A stretch of DNA of 32,000 nt. Origin: an archaeon (GTDB lineage: Archaea; Iainarchaeota; Iainarchaeia; Iainarchaeales; 1-14-0-10-31-34). Shown here piece after piece: positions 8,259 through 16,258 of this stretch; within the stretch, counting starts at the first letter, position 1; each line of letters opens with the position of its first letter. The DNA is taken from assembly GCA_024277355.1 (NCBI GenBank), contig JAJRVL010000005.1, forward strand, positions 30,001 to 62,000. The letters are read 5' to 3'. The notes below the pieces were generated by a model. That model did no database searches. It saw nothing but the letters and a program-made list of their open reading frames with translations, and was not told the origin of the DNA. The position numbers were made by a program, and so were the translations under genes.

Positions 8259-8900
8259 TTATCTGCATTCGCATCCTTTGTTTTCATCAATTAATTGTTT
8301 CCATTTTTCTTTTTCGCATGAACAGACATACGCTTTTCCTATTGAAATAACTTTTTTCATAAAAGAATAATATATTTCCATTCTGTCTGAAGCAAAAAAA
8401 GTTTCATCTGCTTTTACTCCAAGCCAGTTCATGTCTTCTTTAAATATTTGTTCTGCATTTTTAATTGGTTTTTTTGTTTTAGGATCAGTATCATCAAATC
8501 TTAAAATAAATTTTCCATTATATTTTTTTGCGTATTCAAATGAATTAAGCAAAGCCCTTGCATTGCCTAAATGAAAAGGTCCATTAGGATTTGGGGCATA
8601 ACGCGTTACTACTTGTTCTTTTTCTGCCCAGTCTAACTGCATTTCTTCTTTTTGTTTTCTTTCAGGCAGTTCATTAAAATCCATTGAATTAAATTTTTCT
8701 TCTAATTCTTTTTTATCCATTGAATTAACTGATTCAACTGTTTTGGTTATTTCTTTTATTTCTTTGCTTAAGTTTTTTGCCAGTTCTTTGTCTATTGCCA
8801 TTAGTTTTGAAATTACTGCTTTTAATTCTGCTTTTCCTGAATGTTCAACTGCATTTTTTACAGCATATTTAAAAGTTAATTCATTTAATTTTTGTTTCAT
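8259..8900 (-). CDS. gltX: Glutamyl-tRNA synthetase, N-terminal part (HIGH-like motif)
   Basis: VVTRYAPNPNGPFHLGNARALLNSFEYAKKYNGKFILRFDDTDPKTKKPI...CSCEKEKWKQLIDENKGCECR followed by TAA at 8259-8261. Confidence 0.92.
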   Translation of the reverse strand: MKQKLNELTFKYAVKNAVEHSGKAELKAVISKLMAIDKELAKNLSKEIKEITKTVESVNSMDKKELEEKFNSMDFNELPERKQKEEMQLDWAEKEQVVTRYAPNPNGPFHLGNARALLNSFEYAKKYNGKFILRFDDTDPKTKKPIKNAEQIFKEDMNWLGVKADETFFASDRMEIYYSFMKKVISIGKAYVCSCEKEKWKQLIDENKGCECR

Positions 8901-8944
8901 AAGTTATCTTTCCTAATGAAATTTCAATGAAAATTAGTTTAATT

Positions 8945-9616
8945 TTATTGTTTTGTATTAAAATGGTTTAATACTGCTTTTGCAAGGCTTTTGTTCTGTA
9001 ATATAGCAAAATGATAAAATGGTCGTTGTTTTTGGAAGTTGTCTAAAACTAAAATTACTTTTTTTTCATCTATTACAAAAGTATTGTCTATTTCTTTTTT
9101 TTCTGAATAATTAACTTTAATTTTTTTTTCTATTGCTTTATTTAATGCTTCTTTTAAAAAACTTCTTTTGCTTGTTTCAGTAAAAACATTAATTGATTTT
9201 TTTGCTTTAAGTATTTCCTGTCCTAAAACTCTGTCAAAATCATTTAATTCTCTGACTTTAAAGACATTTTCTTTTTCTTCTTGTTCTTCAGAAAAAAGGT
9301 TTTCTTTTAATTTCAATGCATTTTCTTCTATTTTAGTTAATTCTTTTCTTTTTTCTTTAATTAATTTTTCTATTATTTTACTTGATTCAATTGCCTGAAA
9401 TTTTTTTGGTCTTCCATGTAATGCAATAACTAATTGTTTTTCTTCTAATTTTTCTAATACATCATAAACTCTTGTTTTTGGAATTCCTGTGTTTCTGCTG
9501 ATTTCAGGAGCCTGCAATAAACCTTTTTTTATTAAAGAAAAAATTGCTTTTGATTCGTATTCAGTTAAGCCAAAAGAAGTAAAATGATTAATTGTTTCTT
9601 CGTCCATTTTTCTCAA
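8945..9616 (-). CDS. TrmB-family transcriptional regulator
   Basis: FGLTEYESKAIFSLIKKGLLQAPEISRNTGIPKTRVYDVLEKLEEKQLVIALHGRPKKFQAI is a typical TrmB HTH. A putative effector domain follows. Confidence 0.88.
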   Translation of the reverse strand: MRKMDEETINHFTSFGLTEYESKAIFSLIKKGLLQAPEISRNTGIPKTRVYDVLEKLEEKQLVIALHGRPKKFQAIESSKIIEKLIKEKRKELTKIEENALKLKENLFSEEQEEKENVFKVRELNDFDRVLGQEILKAKKSINVFTETSKRSFLKEALNKAIEKKIKVNYSEKKEIDNTFVIDEKKVILVLDNFQKQRPFYHFAILQNKSLAKAVLNHFNTKQ

Positions 9617-9666
9617 CTAAAGCGTATACAAATCATTATATAAATTTACTCTTTATAGTGAAGTAA

Positions 9667-10704
9667 TTAGGTAGTAGTTTGTTTTGTCCATTCAAGAAGA
9701 TTGTTCTGCAAAACAAATTTTGTTTTCTTTAATTCTTTGATGTTTTTTGCTCCTGATAAAAACATTGAAATTCTTAATTCCTGTTTTAAACTTTCAATTA
9801 ATTCTTCTAGTTTTTTTTCTCCTTTTTTTGCTTTAATTAATGCAGGAACTGCTATTCCGGTTAATTCTGCTCCTAAAGCAATGCTTTTTGCTATTTCTAA
9901 TCCATTTCTTATTCCGCCTGAAGCAATAATTTTTTTACTGGAAACTTTTCCTGCAATCAATAATGCGGCTGCAGTTGGAATTCCCCATTCGCCAAAAACT
10001 GAATTAAGTTTTTTCCTGTTATAAATAATTGAATCAACTTTAACAAAAGAAGTTCCTCCTGCTCCTGCAACATCAATTGCTTTAATTTTTGTTTTTTCCA
10101 GTTTTTTTGCTGTTTTATCTGAAATGCCGTTTCCTACTTCTTTTATTATTACAGGAAAATCACTTTCTTCAGCAAAATTCTTTATGCTATTAAACTGTTT
10201 TGAAAAGCCCTTTGTTTTTATATTTTGCATTAATTCTTGTGCGGGATTTAAGTGAATTGAAATAGCATCAGCCTGAATTTCAGTTAAAAAATCATTAATT
10301 CTTTTAACAGAATATTTTTCTAACTGCAATGCGCCAATATTTGCTTCCAAAAAAACATTAGGACAGAATTTCCTGAATTTAAAATACTTTAAGTTTTCTT
10401 TTTTTTCTAATCCTGCTCTCATTGAACCCAAAGAAAAACCAATTCCTTTTTTTTCGCAAGCTAAAGCAATGTTTTTGTTTAATTTAAATGATTCTAATGT
10501 TCCTCCAGTTATAGGTCTAATACTTAAAGGAAAAGAAAAATTCTTGCCTAAAAAATCAGTGGAAAGTGAAATGTCATTTAATTCAAAATCAACCAAAGGA
10601 TTATGTATAAGTTCAACTTCTTCCAGTAAATTTGTTTTTTTAAACTGGCTTTGTTTTTTCATTGCAGTTTTAATATGCCTGTTTTTTCTTTTTGCTGTTT
10701 TCAT
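9667..10704 (-). CDS. fni: Type 2 isopentenyl-diphosphate delta-isomerase
   Basis: ITGGTLESFKLNKNIALACEKKGIGFSLGSMRA, HLNPAQE, DVAGAGGTSF, ASGGIRNGLEIAKSIALGA. Confidence 0.93.
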   Translation of the reverse strand: MKTAKRKNRHIKTAMKKQSQFKKTNLLEEVELIHNPLVDFELNDISLSTDFLGKNFSFPLSIRPITGGTLESFKLNKNIALACEKKGIGFSLGSMRAGLEKKENLKYFKFRKFCPNVFLEANIGALQLEKYSVKRINDFLTEIQADAISIHLNPAQELMQNIKTKGFSKQFNSIKNFAEESDFPVIIKEVGNGISDKTAKKLEKTKIKAIDVAGAGGTSFVKVDSIIYNRKKLNSVFGEWGIPTAAALLIAGKVSSKKIIASGGIRNGLEIAKSIALGAELTGIAVPALIKAKKGEKKLEELIESLKQELRISMFLSGAKNIKELKKTKFVLQNNLLEWTKQTTT

Positions 10705-10710
10705 TTTTTA

Positions 10711-11517
10711 TCACTTAAAAAATCCTATTGAGGCATAAGCCACAACATTGTTTTTGTCTCCTGTAACATCTCCTGAAGTAGAATAATTAATTAACTCTGT
10801 TTTATTTATGTCTTTCTTTTTGCAGTATTGCATTAAAACTTCTATTGAAGAATGACCGCAAATACTTAAATTTTTTTTTTCTATTAATTCATGAAAATCT
10901 TTTATTCTCATTTTTTTAATTAATTCTATTGCCTTAAAATCTTTTTCTTTTGCAGTTTTTTCATTTAAAAAATGAGTAAAATCACTTGAAGCAATAACAG
11001 TAAATTTTTTTCCTGTTTTTTTTTCTGTTTGAATTAAAGCTTTAGCTAATTCTTCTAATTCTTTTGAATCAGAAACCATTAAAGTAATTGGAACAATCTT
11101 AAATTCCTTAAACAAATACTGTAAAAAAATTAACTGTACTTCAATTGAATGTTCCTGTAAATGTGCGATTTCATCTTTTTTTGCTTTAGTAAAAATTGAA
11201 GTTAAAACATCAACGGCTTGTTTATCAATTTCTGTTTCTCCTAATGGAGTTTCCCAGATTCCTTCAGGATAAACTGAAATTTCTTCTCCATAACCTGTAT
11301 GATTTGGAGATAAAATTACAATTGTTTCAGGTTTATTTAATAAAGAATAAGAATATGCTGCTGTTTGTCCTGAATAAACTGTTCCTGCATGAGGTGAAAT
11401 TATATAATTTGTTTTTGTTGTTGTTTTTGTTTTAGAAAAAAATTTTTTTAATTGAATTTGTATTTTTTCTTTTGTTTTAGGATAAAAACTGCCTTGAAGA
11501 ATTGATTGTCTTTTCAT
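10711..11517 (-). CDS. MEMO1-family protein (AmmeMemoRadiSam system protein B)
   Basis: ISPHAGTVYSGQTAAYSY, ILSPNHTG, AHLQEHSIEVQLIFLQY, SSDFTHF, GHSSIEVLM. Confidence 0.94.
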   Translation of the reverse strand: MKRQSILQGSFYPKTKEKIQIQLKKFFSKTKTTTKTNYIISPHAGTVYSGQTAAYSYSLLNKPETIVILSPNHTGYGEEISVYPEGIWETPLGETEIDKQAVDVLTSIFTKAKKDEIAHLQEHSIEVQLIFLQYLFKEFKIVPITLMVSDSKELEELAKALIQTEKKTGKKFTVIASSDFTHFLNEKTAKEKDFKAIELIKKMRIKDFHELIEKKNLSICGHSSIEVLMQYCKKKDINKTELINYSTSGDVTGDKNNVVAYASIGFFK

Positions 11518-11544
11518 GTTAATAAATAAAGGAAAAAGTTGTTT

Positions 11545-12234
11545 TTATCTTTTTGGTCTGCCTCTTCCTTTTTTCATTGGTCTTCTTTTTCTTTCCATGT
11601 TTCTTTTTTCTTTCATTAATTCTTCTTTGCCTTCTTTTAGTTTGTATTCAAAGTCTTCTGCTGTTTTTGTGAATTCTTTTTCGTTTTTTATTTCTTTTCT
11701 TTCAATTAAAATATTTCTTGCAACCATCCAGAAAACTAAAGCAAGACTTTTTCTTCCTTTGTTGTTTACAGGAATAATTAAGTCAATGTCTTTTGTTGAA
11801 TTATTTGTTGAACTTAATGAAATAATTGGAATCCTTAAACTTTTTGCTTCTTTTATTGCCTGAAAGTCTGCATCAGGTTCTGTTACCATTAATAAACTTA
11901 ATTCAGTGAACTCTTTTCCTTCTGGATTAGTAAAAGTTCCTGGAATAAATCTTGAAGGAATTGCTTTTGCTCCTACTGCTTCTGCAAATTGTTTTATTGG
12001 AGTTTTGCCGTATAGTTTTCTTGAAACAACAACTACTTTGTCTTTTTCATAGTTTGAAATCAATTTTGCAGCAAGGTTTATTCTTTCATCTAATGTTTTA
12101 ATATCCATTACTTTTAATCCGTCATCTCTTCTTTTGTAAATGTATTTTTTCATGCCCCATGTCTTGTATTTTGTTCCTATATGTGCTCCTGTTTTCAGAT
12201 ATCTTTCTGTTTCAGTATTTGTTGTTGTTTCCAT
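11545..12234 (-). CDS. rps2: Ribosomal protein uS2
   Basis: YLKTGAHIGTKYKTWGMKKYIYKRRDDGLKVMDIKTLDERI...IPSRFIPGTFTNP. Confidence 0.96.
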   Translation of the reverse strand: METTTNTETERYLKTGAHIGTKYKTWGMKKYIYKRRDDGLKVMDIKTLDERINLAAKLISNYEKDKVVVVSRKLYGKTPIKQFAEAVGAKAIPSRFIPGTFTNPEGKEFTELSLLMVTEPDADFQAIKEAKSLRIPIISLSSTNNSTKDIDLIIPVNNKGRKSLALVFWMVARNILIERKEIKNEKEFTKTAEDFEYKLKEGKEELMKEKRNMERKRRPMKKGRGRPKR

Positions 12235-12245
12235 TTTTTATCTCC

Positions 12246-12440
12246 TCAGCGACTGTATTTTATTATGTCATCCATTAATTCAACATGGCTTAAAAGCATT
12301 CTTCTGCAGCAGTATCTTGCTATTCCTAATTCATTCATTACTTTTTCTGCTGATTCTCCTTTGGCTACTCTTGTTTGGAATTCTTCGTAGTATTCTCCTA
12401 CTACTTTTCCGCATGAAAAACATCTTATTGGAATCATCAT
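12246..12440 (-). CDS. rpo10: RNA polymerase subunit Rpo10/RpoN
   Basis: [15 protein letters not shown]...[25 protein letters not shown]; zinc CxxC...CC. Confidence 0.98.
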   Translation of the reverse strand: MMIPIRCFSCGKVVGEYYEEFQTRVAKGESAEKVMNELGIARYCCRRMLLSHVELMDDIIKYSR

Positions 12441-12447
12441 TTTTGCT

Positions 12448-13038
12448 TCACCTCTTAGAGCTCTGTTTCTTTTTTCTTGCTTTTGTGCCTAATGGTTTCT
12501 TTGGTTCAACTCTTCTGTGATCGTCAACCATTAAAAGCCTGTCATATTTAATAAACATTTCTTTTAATTTTTTGTCATTAGTGTATTCAACTATTGCTTT
12601 GGCTATTACGCTTCTTGCAGTAACTGCCTGCCCCATAAAGCCTCCGCCCCTGACATTTATTTTTATGTCTGTTTCTTTCAATAAATCTCCTGCTAATTTT
12701 ATTGGCTCAAAAATCATGTCTTTTACATATTTTGGTTCAATAAATTCAAGTTTTCTTTTGTTTAATGTAATTCTTCCTTTTCCTGTTTTTATTACTGCTC
12801 TTGCAACTGCTGCTTTCTTTTTTGATTTAACCATCATTCCATATTTTTTGCTTCTTTTAGCTTTCTTTTTTTTCTTTTTCTTTGATTCTGTTTCAGCTTT
12901 TTCTTCTTCTGTTGACTCTTTTTTTTCTGTTTTAGTTTCTTTTGCTGATTCAACTGGTTTTTCTTTTGCGTCTTCTTTAGTTTCTTCTGTTTTTTTTTCA
13001 GTTTTTATTTCTTTTTTTTCCTGTTTTTCTTCTGCCAT
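12448..13038 (-). CDS. rps9: Ribosomal protein uS9 with ~65 aa K/E-rich N-terminal extension
   Basis: Core [29 protein letters not shown]...[24 protein letters not shown]...[21 protein letters not shown]. Confidence 0.96.
   Translation of the reverse strand: MAEEKQEKKEIKTEKKTEETKEDAKEKPVESAKETKTEKKESTEEEKAETESKKKKKKKAKRSKKYGMMVKSKKKAAVARAVIKTGKGRITLNKRKLEFIEPKYVKDMIFEPIKLAGDLLKETDIKINVRGGGFMGQAVTARSVIAKAIVEYTNDKKLKEMFIKYDRLLMVDDHRRVEPKKPLGTKARKKKQSSKR
12917..12968. repeat. 52-nt perfect repeat, copy 1 (within S9 N-terminal extension)
   Basis: tcttttttttctgttttagtttcttttgctgattcaactggtttttcttttg is identical to 22237-22288. Confidence 0.9.
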
Positions 13039-13042
13039 TAAA

Positions 13043-13462
13043 TCACCATTTTGCTCCGAGCAGTTTGCTTATTTCACTTAATTTTACTGTATTTCTGTTT
13101 GTTTTGTTTTCTGCTTCTTTTATGTTTTTAAATTTTGTTTCTTTGAATTCTTCTGGAATTCCAATATAAATTTTAAGTCTTTTTTCTGCTTCTTTTCCTC
13201 TTTTTGTTTTTCTTGGAAGCATTCCAATTACTGCTTTTTTCAGTAATGCATCTGGTTTTCTTGGATATTTTGGTCCATATAATGGATTTGATTTAACTGA
13301 TGCACTTCTTTTTTTTGCATATCTTTCTAAAACATATTTTTTTGTTCCTGTAATTAATATTTCTTCTGCATTAACTATTATTACTTCGTTTCCGTTAAGT
13401 AATTTTTCGCTTACTTTTGATGCAAGCCTTCCCATTATAAGTCCTTGTGCATTTATTTTCAT
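13043..13462 (-). CDS. rpl13: Ribosomal protein uL13
   Basis: INAQGLIMGRLASKVSEKLLNGNEVIIVNAEEILITG...NPLYGPKYPRKPDALLKKAVIGMLPRKTKRGKEA. Confidence 0.96.
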   Translation of the reverse strand: MKINAQGLIMGRLASKVSEKLLNGNEVIIVNAEEILITGTKKYVLERYAKKRSASVKSNPLYGPKYPRKPDALLKKAVIGMLPRKTKRGKEAEKRLKIYIGIPEEFKETKFKNIKEAENKTNRNTVKLSEISKLLGAKW

Positions 13463-13475
13463 TTTTTTTTCACCA

Positions 13476-13832
13476 TTATTTTACAATCATTAAATCTTTT
13501 GTATTAATTTTCAATGCTTCTTCTAATTCAATTATTTTTCCTTTTTTTTCTGAAACTTTTTCTTTTGCTTTTTCAGAGAATTCTAATGCAGCAATGTTTA
13601 ATGTTTTAGTTAATTCTCCTTTGCCTAAAACTTTTCCTGCAACTACTAATGTTTTATTCTGGAATTTTTCTGAAATTTTTTCTAGTTTCCATAAATTAAT
13701 ACTAACTCTATTTCTTCTTGGAGTAGCTATTGCTTTAGCTATTTCTTTCCACATTTTTTTGTTTTTTCCTTCTTTTTTAAGCAAGGAAATTAATTTTTTT
13801 GTTTTTTCTTTTGTTGGTCCAGTTCTTTTCAT
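13476..13832 (-). CDS. rpl18e: Ribosomal protein eL18
   Basis: WKEIAKAIATPRRNRVSINLWKLEKISEKFQNKTLVVAGKVLGKGELTKTLNIAALEFSEKAKEK. Confidence 0.95.
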   Translation of the reverse strand: MKRTGPTKEKTKKLISLLKKEGKNKKMWKEIAKAIATPRRNRVSINLWKLEKISEKFQNKTLVVAGKVLGKGELTKTLNIAALEFSEKAKEKVSEKKGKIIELEEALKINTKDLMIVK

Positions 13833-13879
13833 ATTATCACTTTTCTATTTTTTGATAAACCTTTTTTTTAAAAAGATTT

Positions 13880-13895
13880 GAGGGATTTATCCCTC
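13880..13895 (-). promoter_or_regulatory. Hairpin in the tRNA-Leu/L18e intergenic region
   Basis: gaggga-ttta-tccctc: perfect 6-bp stem with 4-nt loop, between tRNA-Leu and rpl18e. Confidence 0.5.
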
Positions 13896-13904
13896 GTTTT
13901 TGTT

Positions 13905-13927
13905 CAACCTTTTTTTTAAAAAGGTTG
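13905..13927 (-). repeat. Perfect 10-bp inverted repeat abutting the tRNA-Leu 3' end
   Basis: CAACCTTTTT-ttt-AAAAAGGTTG ends 2 nt from the tRNA 3' end at 13929. Confidence 0.65.
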
Positions 13928-13928
13928 A

Positions 13929-14092
13929 TGCAGGAGGAGAGATTCGAACTCTCGAAGGCACTAAGCCACAGGATATCTTCGAACATTTTTTTCTTTTTTG
14001 GCAAATCTTTTTTTAGAAAGGTTTTTTGATAAAACTTTTTTTTAAAAAAGTTTTCTTAAGTCCTGCCCCGTTGACCGCTTGGGTACCCCTGC
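13929..14092 (-). tRNA. trnL(uaa): tRNA-Leu(UAA) with 80-nt intron (13975-14054) at canonical 37/38
   Basis: Minus strand: GCAGGGG acceptor with CTCCTGC-A, AAGCGGTC D-loop, anticodon stem CAGGA/TCCTG, loop CTTAAG^A (anticodon TAA), long variable arm TGGCTTAGTGCCTTC, T-arm GAGAG-TTCGAAT-CTCTC. No encoded CCA. It starts 1 nt after the rpo3 stop. Confidence 0.95.
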
Positions 14093-14093
14093 A

Positions 14094-14666
14094 TTACATT
14101 TTATTTACTGCTTTTTTCAGCTCCTCTGCTTTTGCTTTTATTTCTTCTACTGCTTGTTCTATTATTTCTTTTGGCTGCATTCCACCAAATGATTCAACAT
14201 TTACTGTAAATACATCTTTATTGTAACTGTAACTCATTATTCCAGGAAGCCATTTTGTGTGTGTTCTTCCTGAATCAACTGTTGCTTCCATTTCTATTTT
14301 TATTTTTTGTTCTTTTCCTAGTTTTAATATTGGAATTTTTTTATCTATTACTTCTATTTTTGGGTCAGTGCTTCTTATGTCTTTTGAATAAACAGTACAA
14401 GGTCCTTCTTTTTCAACCATTAATGTTACTGTGTCTTTTTTCTTATATGTTTTTGTGTCTGTTTGGATTGGAAGCATACCTAATCTGTGTGCCAGCATTT
14501 CATTAAACATTACTGAAGTGTTTTCATAAATATTTACGTTGTCTACTGCAAAACTTTTTACATTTACCTGAATGGCTCTTCTTATTGCATTGACTAAAGC
14601 AGGAGTTGCTCCTTTAACTGAAAATTTTATTGTTCTGTCATTTTTTTCTATTTTTTTTATTTCCAT
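14094..14666 (-). CDS. rpo3: RNA polymerase subunit Rpo3/RpoD, short form without Fe-S/Cys-rich insertion
   Basis: ATPALVNAIRRAIQVNVKSFAVDNVNIYENTSVMFNEMLAHRLGMLPIQTD...FTVNVESFGGMQPKEIIEQA; 190 aa. Confidence 0.95.
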   Translation of the reverse strand: MEIKKIEKNDRTIKFSVKGATPALVNAIRRAIQVNVKSFAVDNVNIYENTSVMFNEMLAHRLGMLPIQTDTKTYKKKDTVTLMVEKEGPCTVYSKDIRSTDPKIEVIDKKIPILKLGKEQKIKIEMEATVDSGRTHTKWLPGIMSYSYNKDVFTVNVESFGGMQPKEIIEQAVEEIKAKAEELKKAVNKM

Positions 14667-14675
14667 TTATTCCAC

Positions 14676-15059
14676 CTACTTTTTCTTTCCTCTAAATCTC
14701 TTTTTTTTCCTGCATCCGTCATGAGGAACTGGTGTTACATTTTCTATGCTTCTAATTCTTAATCCTGCTCTTGTAAGGCTTCTTATTGCTGCTTCTGCAC
14801 CTTGCCCTGGGTTTTTTGATCTTATTCCGCCTTGTCCTCTTACTTTAACTATTATTTCAGTTAAACCTTTTTCTTTTGCTTTTCCGGCAATTGTTTCTGC
14901 GACTTTCATTGCTGCATAAGGGGATCCTTCTTTATGCTGTGCTTTTACTACAACTCCGCCTGAACATTTTGCTATTGTTTCTTGACCGGTTATATCTGTA
15001 AGTAAAATTATTGTATTGTTGTGTGATGCATAAATATGAATTATTCCTTTTTTATTCAT
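14676..15059 (-). CDS. rps11: Ribosomal protein uS11
   Basis: GIIHIYASHNNTIILLTDITG...GGVVVKAQHKEGSPYAAMKVAETIA...IRSIENVTPVPHDGCRKKKRFRGKKK. Confidence 0.98.
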   Translation of the reverse strand: MNKKGIIHIYASHNNTIILLTDITGQETIAKCSGGVVVKAQHKEGSPYAAMKVAETIAGKAKEKGLTEIIVKVRGQGGIRSKNPGQGAEAAIRSLTRAGLRIRSIENVTPVPHDGCRKKKRFRGKKK

Positions 15060-15777
15060 TTTCTACACCTTTATCCTTTTTATCTTTGGTTTCTGTTTCA
15101 GTTTTTTTTTCTTTTTTAGAATCTTTCTTTTCTTTAGGTAATTCTTCTTTTACTGCTTTTGCTTTTTTATCTTCTTTTTTTTCTGTGGTTTCTTTTGTTT
15201 TTTCTTTGACTTCTTTTTTAGTTTCTTTTGTTTCTTCGCTTGTTTCTGCTTTTACTTTTTCAAACTCTTTTTTTAAGTCTTTTTTTTCTTGTTTTAGTTT
15301 TAATTCTTTTTTATAGTAAGTTATTTTGTTTTCTTCGTCTTCTTTTACCATATATGATGGTGTTGAAACTTTTTTTCCGTTTATTGCTATATGCCCATGA
15401 ACTATAAATTGTCTTGCTTGTTTTGTTGTGTTAGCTAAACCTTTTCTCCATATTATTGTTTCTAATCTTCTTTCTAAGAATTCTTCAATTCTTAATCCTA
15501 ATACATCATCTAGTGTTGCGTTTCCTTTTACTAACCCGATTTTTCTTATACTGTCAAGTAATTCTTTTTCTCTTTTTAGTCTTTTGTCTAATTCTAATGC
15601 AAGTAATTTTCTTGCATTTTGTCTTTTATTTTTTAGTGTTTGTTCTATTCCCCATAACTCTTTTTTGTTTTTTAATCCATAGGTTTCTTTTAGTTTTTTT
15701 TCTTCATCTAATCTTTTCTTATCCCATGGTTTTCTTGGTCTAAGGTATTTTTTCTTTGTTTTTTTTGGGTCGCCCAC
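15052..15777 (-). CDS. rps4: Ribosomal protein uS4 with K/E-rich C-terminal tail
   Basis: GDPKKTKKKYLRPRKPWDKKRLDEEKKLKETYGLKNKKELW...RRLETIIWRKGLANTTKQARQFIVHGHIAINGKKVSTPSYMV. Overlaps S11 by 8 nt. Confidence 0.97.
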   Translation of the reverse strand: MGDPKKTKKKYLRPRKPWDKKRLDEEKKLKETYGLKNKKELWGIEQTLKNKRQNARKLLALELDKRLKREKELLDSIRKIGLVKGNATLDDVLGLRIEEFLERRLETIIWRKGLANTTKQARQFIVHGHIAINGKKVSTPSYMVKEDEENKITYYKKELKLKQEKKDLKKEFEKVKAETSEETKETKKEVKEKTKETTEKKEDKKAKAVKEELPKEKKDSKKEKKTETETKDKKDKGVENE

Positions 15778-15786
15778 TTAATTCAC

Positions 15787-16254
15787 CTACTTTTTAGCAT
15801 CCTTTTTTTGTACTCCGACTGCTGGTCCTTTTCCTCTGTGAGTGGATTTTGTTTTTTGTCCTCTTACAGTTAAGCCCCAGCCTAATCTTAGTCCTCTGTA
15901 ACTTTTTATTTTACTTAATCTCTGCAAGTTTTTTCTTAATTCAAACTGCAGATCTCCCATTATTAAATGTTTATCTTTTCCTGTTTCATATTCTTTCTGT
16001 TTGTTTAAAGTCCATAAAGGAACTGAAAATTTTTCAGGATTTAATACAATTTCTTCCATTTTTTCATCCATGTTTTCTGGAAGGTCTCCCATTTTTGAAT
16101 CCCATTTTATTCCTGTTTCTTTTTCAAATGTTTTTGCCATTATTTTTGATATTCTATGGCTTATTCCTTTTAATTCCATTAATGCTTTTGGAATTCTTTT
16201 TCTTCCATCTAAATCTTTGTTTGCTATTCTTACAATTAATCTTAGTTCTGCCAT
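15787..16254 (-). CDS. rps13: Ribosomal protein uS13
   Basis: LRLIVRIANKDLDGRKRIPKALMELKGISHRISK...LQRLSKIKSYRGLRLGWGLTVRGQKTKSTHR. Confidence 0.97.
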   Translation of the reverse strand: MAELRLIVRIANKDLDGRKRIPKALMELKGISHRISKIMAKTFEKETGIKWDSKMGDLPENMDEKMEEIVLNPEKFSVPLWTLNKQKEYETGKDKHLIMGDLQFELRKNLQRLSKIKSYRGLRLGWGLTVRGQKTKSTHRGKGPAVGVQKKDAKK

Positions 16255-16258
16255 TTAT

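Noticed and set aside
8259-8261. TAA recoded as an amino acid throughout the organism
   Set aside because: Many neighbouring genes end at TAA exactly where expected (e.g. L14e, S14, Rpo3, SecY).
8259-8900. GluRS interruption explained as a simple homopolymer miscount in the neighbouring A8
   Set aside because: Both halves are already in the same frame, and the TAA precedes most of the run. Adding or removing A's keeps TAA and breaks the downstream frame.
11196-12520. Plus-strand ORFs over Memo, S2 and Rpo10 (11196-11435, 11516-11863, 12140-12520) resembling membrane proteins
   Set aside because: Antisense reading of genuine genes; hydrophobicity is a composition artefact.
13905-14054. Poly-T/poly-A palindromes near the tRNA as mobile element ends
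   Set aside because: No transposase, target-site duplication or matching distal inverted repeat seen; they fit tRNA intron and flank structure better.
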